This document shows, piece after piece, positions 57,339-64,000 of a DNA stretch of 64,000 bases (positions are counted from its first letter, which is position 1; each line of letters opens with the position of its first letter). The translations under genes were made by a program, and so were the position numbers. This DNA is from Eledone cirrhosa (taxonomy: Eukaryota), in the NCBI GenBank assembly GCA_964016885.1, contig OZ024764.1, positions 15,810,001-15,874,000 on the forward strand, given 5' to 3'. The notes beneath the pieces were generated by a model. It was not told where the DNA came from and searched no databases. It was given only the letters and a program-made list of their open reading frames with translations.

Positions 57339-57682
57339 TTCATTTTCATTTTCATTTCATTTTACGTCCACTTTTCCCTGCTTGCAAGGGTGGGACGGGA
57401 ACTGATTCTGGCTTGATTTCTACAGCTGGATGCCCTTCCTAACACCAACCTCATTTACAGTGAGTGCTGGGTGCTTTTTTGCCGTGGCACCTCCACGACC
57501 ACTTTGCAGTGGAATGATAGGGACCCCAGTCCCTATCATCTCATTTCTACAGCTGAGTAAACTGGAGCAATGTGAAATAAAGTGTCTTGCTCAAGGAAAC
57601 AACACATCACCCGGTCTGAGAATTGAACTCACAACCTTTCGATTGCAAGGCCAATGCTCTAACCACTAAGCCATGTGCCTCC
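57335..57682 (-). mobile_element. CORE-like SINE family 2, full length
   Basis: Reverse complement of 63052-63388. Confidence 0.9.
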
Positions 57683-57690
57683 TATACACA

Positions 57691-58077
57691 TATATATATA
57701 CGATATTAACAAATGGAAACTATATTTATAAAACCATATCTACTTTATTATACATATTTCAGGGATACCATGTTAAATTATGGTATGTTTTCATCAGACA
57801 AATACAATATATACCAGTTTTATAAATAAATATTGACGTACCCTTTCAAAATGCAACCGTTACTTTTGGAAGACATCAGGACTATCCCTGATGTCTTCCA
57901 AAAGTAACGGTTGCATTTTGAAAGGGTACGTCAATATTTATTTATAAAACTGGTATATATTGTATTTTGTCTGATGAAAACATACCATAATTTAACATGG
58001 TATCCCTGAAATATGTATAATAAAATAGATAGGGTTTTATAAATATAGTTTCCATTTGTTAATATCGTATATATATA
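57691..58077. mobile_element. Near-perfect palindrome (~190-bp arms, 6-bp spacer actatc) with a hammerhead in each arm
   Basis: Arms mirror about 57883; related to 63830-63990. Confidence 0.8.
57963..58027 (+). ncRNA. Minimal hammerhead with mutated stem II base (mirror copy on minus strand at 57741-57804)
   Basis: UAUUUUGU-CUGAUGA-AAA C AUACCAU aauuuaac AUGGUAU C CCU-GAAA-UAUGUA-UA-AUAAAAUA. Confidence 0.65.
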
Positions 58078-58274
58078 TGTATATATATATACTATATATA
58101 TATATGTACACACACATGTGTGTGTACATATATATATATATACTATATATATATATGTACACACACATGTGTGTGTGTGTGTGTATAAAACATTCCATCC
58201 TCAAGTTTATGAGTTAGTGAATTGGGGTAAGGTTGTAAATAAGTAGACACAAGTAGATGACTGAGTGTGGGTTA

Positions 58275-58862
58275 ATGGTGGTGGTGGTGGTGTAGTGGTG
58301 GTGGTGCTGTAGTGGTGGTTGTAGTAGTAGTGATGGTGGTGGTGGTGTGGTTGTGGTGGTGGTGGTGGTGGTGGTGCTGTAGTGGTGGTGGTGGTGCTGT
58401 AGTGGTGGTTGTAGTAGTAGTGATGGTGGTGGTGGTGTGGTTGTGGTGGTGGTGGTGGTGGTGGTGGTGTGGTGGTGGTAGTAGTGGTGGTGGTGGTGGT
58501 GGTTTGGTGGTGGTAGTAGTAGTGATGGTGGTCATGGTTGTAGTGGTAGTGGTGGTAGTAGTGGTGGTGGTGTTGTGTTGGCAGTAGTGGTGGTTGTGAT
58601 GCTGGTGGTGTTGTAGTGGTGGTGGTGTTGTATTGGTGGTGATGCTTGTGATGGTGGTGGTGGTGGTGATGTAGTTAGTGCCAGTAGTGGTGGTGGTTGT
58701 TGTGGTGGTTGTGTTGGTAGCCATGATTGTAGTAGTGGTGGTGGTGGTAGTGTTGTGTGGCAGTTGTAGTGGTGGTGGTAGTGTTGTGTGGCAGTTGTAG
58801 TGGTGGTGGTGGTGGTGGTGTTGTGTTGGCAGTTGTAGTGGTGGTAATGGTGGTGGTTGGTA
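58275..58862. repeat. (GGT/AGT)n low-complexity repeat
   Basis: Seen directly. Confidence 0.9.
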
Positions 58863-59298
58863 GTATGTGTATAGCTGTGGGTATTGGGTGAGGGAGAAGC
58901 AGGGCTGTTCCCCCACCCCCAGGGGTAGGGGGAGAGGCTGCCAGGAACCATAATAGGGTAACCTACATTGATCTTGTTAAAAGACAAACAATCCCCAGAT
59001 TTTTTAGTCCCCCCTCCCCTTCAGCTTACACACCCTAACCACCACCACCACTACCACCACTACCACCGGAAGGCGTTTGGTGGGGTGGGGAGGGAGTGAG
59101 TGTTCCAGAAATTCCTCAGATAGGTAGATATCATCACCACCACCACCACCACCATCATCATCATCACCATCACCATCATCTTTTTATCATCACCATCATA
59201 CATCATCATCTCCGTTACCAGCGCCATCATCATCTTTTTATCATCGTCATGACAACCGTTGTCACCATCACCACCATAACAACATTATTACCATATCT

Positions 59299-59846
59299 AA
59301 GGGCGGTGGATTGGCAGTATCGGTAGAGGGTCGGACACCATGCTAGGGCGGTGGATTGGCAGTATCGGTAGAGGGTCGGACACCATGCTAGGGCAGTAGA
59401 TTGGCAGTATCGGTAGAGGGTCGGACACCATGCTAGGGCGGTGGATTGGCAGTATCGGTAGAGGGTCGGACACCATGCTAGGGCGGTGGATTGGCAGTAT
59501 CGGTAGAGGGTCGGACACCATGCTAGGGCGGTGGATTGGCAGTATCGGTAGAGGGTCGGACACCATGCTAGGGCGGTGGATTGGCAGTATCGGTAGAGGG
59601 TCGGACACCATGCTAGGGCGGTGGATTGGCAGTATCGGTAGAGGGTCGGACACCATGCTAGGGCGGTGGATTGGCAGTATCGGTAGAGGGTCGGACGCCA
59701 TGCTTTCCAGCATAGTTACGTCCCTTTACGATCTGAGTTCAAATCCCGCCGAGGTTGACTTTGCCTTTCATCCTTACAGGGTCTATAAAATAAAGTACCA
59801 GTAATGCACTGGGTAATTGCTGGCCTTGTGCCTAAAGTAGAAACAA
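59299..59846 (+). mobile_element. SINE family 1 with its 45-bp 5' head amplified 9 times; 15-bp TSD
   Basis: Unit gggcggtggattggcagtatcggtagagggtcggacaccatgcta; TSD attattaccatatct on both sides. Confidence 0.9.
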
Positions 59847-60253
59847 TTATTACCATATCTCCACCACCACCACCATTATGGTGAGACCAAAACAATCCCT
59901 GGTTCTATGAAATAAAGCCACCCATTTATTTTTTAAATGTTTTCAATTTAAATTCAAATCTTCCAACATAACTTCATGTAAGGACCCTACATTAAGTTAC
60001 GACCTTAGTAATGTAATAATTAATCATTTTAGTAAACCCCTAAAAATTCTTCATTAAATAAAACTAGCAGACCCCCTTCCCCCGGGTGGTTTTCTGCTAG
60101 CATGTGTAGTGTGTATATTGATATTATACGCAGGTATATATACATCTAGATATGATATGTCAATTGAAAAGTAAATTGGGAATATACACAGAAATTGAAG
60201 AGAGACTGTGTTACACTGCCTTATGTAATCAGTAACGTAGTCCAAGATACATT

Positions 60254-60698
60254 TTAACCCTTTAATGTTCAAACCGGCCAAAACCGGCCAGAATTATCTA
60301 CCTCTTTCTGTTGAAACTGGCTGTAACTGGTCACTCAAACTGATGTTAAGGTATTGTTCTTAAAATAAATACTTTCAAAATCTCATAGATTCAATATTAT
60401 GTGAGGTATTATGTGAGGTAAAGCCTTTACTGTGACAATACAATAGTATATATAGAGTAATGTAAATGTTATGTGAGGTATTATGTGAGGTAAAGCCTGT
60501 ACTGTGAAAATACAATAGTATATATAGAGTAATGTAAATGTTATGTGAGATATTATGTGAGGTAAAGCCTTTACTGTGACAATACAATAGTATATATATA
60601 GAGTAATGTAAATGTTATGTGAGATATTATGTGAGGTAAAGCCTTTACTGTGAAAATACAATAGTATATATAGAGTAGTGTGAATGTTAAAGGGTTAA
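60254..60698. mobile_element. piggyBac-type MITE, ~4 x 72-bp units
   Basis: ttaaccctttaatgttc ... gaatgttaaagggttaa. Confidence 0.85.
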
Positions 60699-61014
60699 AA
60701 AGATGATATTATATATAAACTGCATTACGGTGAAATGCAATGAAAACGGAAAAGGAGAAAATTAGCGACAGAAATATAAATGTTATGATATAATGATGCA
60801 AATATATGAACGTTTATATATAATGATATATAAGCGATGTGAATATAGCAATGACAATGTAGCATACAATGAAGTGTTATGAGATAACGGACGCTAACAG
60901 AAGTGTTGACATTTGAAAATTTTAAAAGAAGTCAATCTTGAAATAAGCAATATTTTATATATAAGAATATTTATGTTTAATCAACAGCAAAGAAATTTAG
61001 TAGATAAATTACAG

Positions 61015-61396
61015 GACTGTGACCTCCGCTGTCACGCAGTAATACAGAAGACCCGACTTCCCACAGGAACAAGCCGAAGCTGAAGCATATAGACAATATA
61101 CCCCCACTCCCTCCCACTGCAAAGGGGTCAGGGAGGTGCCACGGCAAAAAAAGCACCCAGCCCACACTGTAAAGTGGTCGTGGAGGTGTCATGGTTTAAA
61201 AGCACCCAGCACTCACTGTAAATGAGGTTGGTTTTAGGAAGGGCATCCAGCTGTAGAAATCAAGCCAGAATCAGTTCCTGTATGAGCAAGACAAGGTCAG
61301 CCAACCGGACACTGCCCACAACAGGACAACCCGTCTAACCCATGCTAGCGTGGGAGAACGGACGTAAAATAGTGATGATGATGGTGATGATGATGA
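61015..61396 (+). mobile_element. RTE family-B extreme 3' end with UTR and (GAT)n tail
   Basis: Reverse complement of 18645-18960. Confidence 0.85.
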
Positions 61397-61626
61397 AATT
61401 ACATAATATTCATTCATTATTTATTCAAAGTAATCCAACTTGGTGGTGGTGGTGGTGGTGGTGGTGATGATGGTGGGGGTGGTGGTGATGGTGGTGGTGG
61501 TGGTGGTGGGATGGTGGTGGTGAGATGGTGGTGGTGGTGGTGGTGGGATGGTGGTGGTGGTGGTGGACATAACACACATACATACATATATTGGTGTGGG
61601 TCTATGTTTGAATATATTTGTGTGTA

Positions 61627-61664
<38 letters not shown>

Positions 61665-61839
61665 TGTGTGTGTGTGTGTGGGTGTATGTGTGTGTGCGTG
61701 TGTGTGTATGTACACCTTCCACACATGTGGGTTCCAGAAGAAAATATAAAACCTAGAAAGAGTTCATATGAGTACAAAAACTACTACCACCACTGCTACT
61801 ACCACCACCACTACTACTACCACCACTACTACTACTACT

Positions 61840-61875
<36 letters not shown>

Positions 61876-62871
61876 GCTACTACTACCTCTAGTACTACTA
61901 CTGCTACTACTACTACAACCACTACAACTACCACCACCACCACCATAAACATTACAACCACCACCATCACCACCACTTCACCACCACCACCACCACCATC
62001 ACCACTACCACCACCACCACCACCATCACCACCACCTCACCACCACCACCACCGCCTCTGTTAGGCTTAATGTAATACAGGCGTGTCCGGTTATCTCATT
62101 TCTTCTTCTTCTCCCCATCCCCACCCATCTTTTGCACCCCTTCCCCACAACCCCCCCACACTATTTGTCATCTTCTCTTCACCCCCCCCCCCAACAGCCA
62201 CTCCCTTCATTGTCTTGTTTAGTTTGCTGTTTCTGTTTCATCCCTTCTCGGGGGGGGGGGGGGGGGGATTATTGCCCCGGTGGGGTGGGTGTTTTATGTA
62301 TATGTTACCAGCTTTGTGTGCTAAAGGGTTCAAATTCTGACCTTCCTCCTTCATTAATAGAAAGACCTGGGTCTGATCTGATGATCAGCTCCTTTCTTCT
62401 GCCAGGAGTTGTAACTGACAGATAGTATCAGTAATGGAAAGACCAATGGAGACATTGTTTCCTTGGTCTGATCTGATGATCAGTTCCTTTCTTCTGCCAG
62501 GAGTTGTGACTGACAGACAGATGGAGAACTTTCTCGCATTCATCAGTGGCGATTGTCAAACTGAGATCAGGTTATGTTGTGATGTGTGACTATATATAAG
62601 AGAGATTTGGATGTGTCTGGGGTGGGTGGGGTGCAATGTTAATAAGTGTGGGAGTGAAGGAGTGTTGATGAAAATTTAAAGGAATTAAAACATACACACA
62701 TACATATATATATACACATATACATATATACATGTATACACAGAAAATGGTGAATGGTAACAGCAAGATAATTGAATGGGAGTGAAGTTGGGTCTTTTTT
62801 AAAGAGTGTTTAAGAAAGAGGCTGTAAAAGTCCCCTCCTGCTGGTTCCATTTCAATAAATGACCTATATAC

Positions 62872-62917
<46 letters not shown>

Positions 62918-62918
<1 letters not shown>

Positions 62919-63031
62919 AATTGTTTCTACGTTAGGCACAAGGCCAGCAATTACCCAGTGTATTACTGGTACTTTATTTTATCGACCCCGTAAGGATGAA
63001 AGGCAAAGTTAACCTCGGCGGGATTTGAACT
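62918..63031 (-). mobile_element. SINE family 1, 5'-truncated
   Basis: B-box to tail. Confidence 0.85.
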
Positions 63032-63050
63032 TTAATAATATATGTATATA

Positions 63051-63388
63051 TGGTGCATGGCTTAGTGGTTAGAGCATTGGCCTTGCAATCGAAAGGTTGC
63101 GAGTTCAATTCTCAGACCGGGTGATGTGTTGTGTCCTTGAGCAAGACACTTTATTTCACATTGCTCCAGTTTACTCAGCTGTAGAAATGAGATGATAGGG
63201 ACTGGGGTCCCTATCATTCCACTGTAAAGTGGTCGTGGAAGTGCCACGGCAAAAAAGCACCCAGCACTCACTGTAAATGAGGTTGGTGTTAGGAAGGGCA
63301 TACAGCTGTAGAAATCAAGCCAGAATCAGTTCCCGTCCCACCCTTGCAAGCAGGGAAAAGCGGACGTAAAATGAAATGATGAAATGAT
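63051..63388 (+). mobile_element. CORE-like SINE family 2, full length
   Basis: tRNA-like head, core, RTE module and RTE-A tail. Confidence 0.9.
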
Positions 63389-63467
63389 ATATATATATGT
63401 ATATATATATCAAGATGGCATAGGACAGAACAAAGGAGAGGCACAAAAACAAAGAAAAGAACCCCCA

Positions 63468-63510
63468 GTCACTGAAGAGGTCACAGAATGTGTGACGAAA
63501 GAACTTTGAC
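63468..63510 (+). ncRNA. Minimal hammerhead ribozyme
   Basis: GUCA-CUGAAGA-G-GUCACA gaaug UGUGAC-GAAA-GAAC-UU-UGAC. Confidence 0.7.
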
Positions 63511-63873
63511 AATATATAAACAACCATCTTGTTGTGGAACCAACCAACCAACCGGAAATTTATAAATTCCTAAATTTATAAATTTATTATAATAAATTGA
63601 AGTGAAAAACAACTGGTGCCGTGTGTTTCTTATTGGCAACATGACCCTCCCAAAGTATAACAATATCGGTTTCAACACACGATTTCAGATAAAGAATCTT
63701 GCTAAACAAATTCAGAAACGAAATATATATGTATATATATATATGGAAAGTTATATTTAAATTGTTGGGTTACAACGAGTAAATATTTATAACTGATATA
63801 AAAGCACTCAACAAGGATTTGGAGTATATTTACGATATTAAATAAATGGAAACTATATTTATAAAACCATATT

Positions 63874-63939
63874 TATTTCATTATATATATTTCAGGGATA
63901 TCATATTAACAATATGTTATGCCTTCTTCAGACAAAATA
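63874..63939 (-). ncRNA. Minimal hammerhead ribozyme (relative of the 57.9-kb element, stem II base intact)
   Basis: Minus strand: UAUUUUGU-CUGAAGA-AGG C AUAACAUAUU guu AAUAUGAUAU C CCU-GAAA-UAUAUA-UA-AUGAAAUA. Confidence 0.8.
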
Positions 63940-64000
63940 CAATATAGACAGTTTTATAGATAAATAGATTTGACATACCGTTCAACATCGACTTGTATTT

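Noticed and set aside
62520-62552. Minus-strand CUGAUGA..GAAA hammerhead-like words
   Set aside because: No stem I and no credible stem II
63051-63120. tRNA-Ala(TGC)-like gene (and similar heads elsewhere)
   Set aside because: Acceptor and anticodon stems are imperfect and always fused to a SINE core, so these are SINE heads

Overview
Eukaryotic (animal) non-coding DNA that is almost entirely repetitive. The SINE/LINE families and the (AT)n/(ACC)n load suggest an octopus or other cephalopod genome, but this is inference. I found no convincing host protein-coding exon. The only intact gene is a full-length RTE-clade LINE ORF (46364-49432, minus strand, 1022 aa: APE endonuclease plus RT, with a PHD-like Zn finger inserted inside the RT). 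Around it are many truncated RTE/RTE-X/CR1 fragments, a decayed mariner, a TTAA-flanked piggyBac-type MITE family, two tRNA-derived SINE families, and at least ten minisatellites, most of which arose inside a mobile element. The main signal outside the ORF track is a dispersed set of minimal hammerhead ribozymes read directly from sequence (stem I-CUGANGA-stem II-GAAA-short, mostly palindromic stem III-UH-stem I). They occur at 7 loci. Three loci are 330-400 bp fold-back palindromes carrying a hammerhead on each strand. Five loci share a conserved C.C mismatch at the fourth position of otherwise unrelated stems II. Decayed Penelope-like GIY-YIG remnants in the window point to Penelope pseudo-LTR or retrozyme-like elements. 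All coordinates were counted by eye and may be off by a few bases; no alignment, folding or database search was run.
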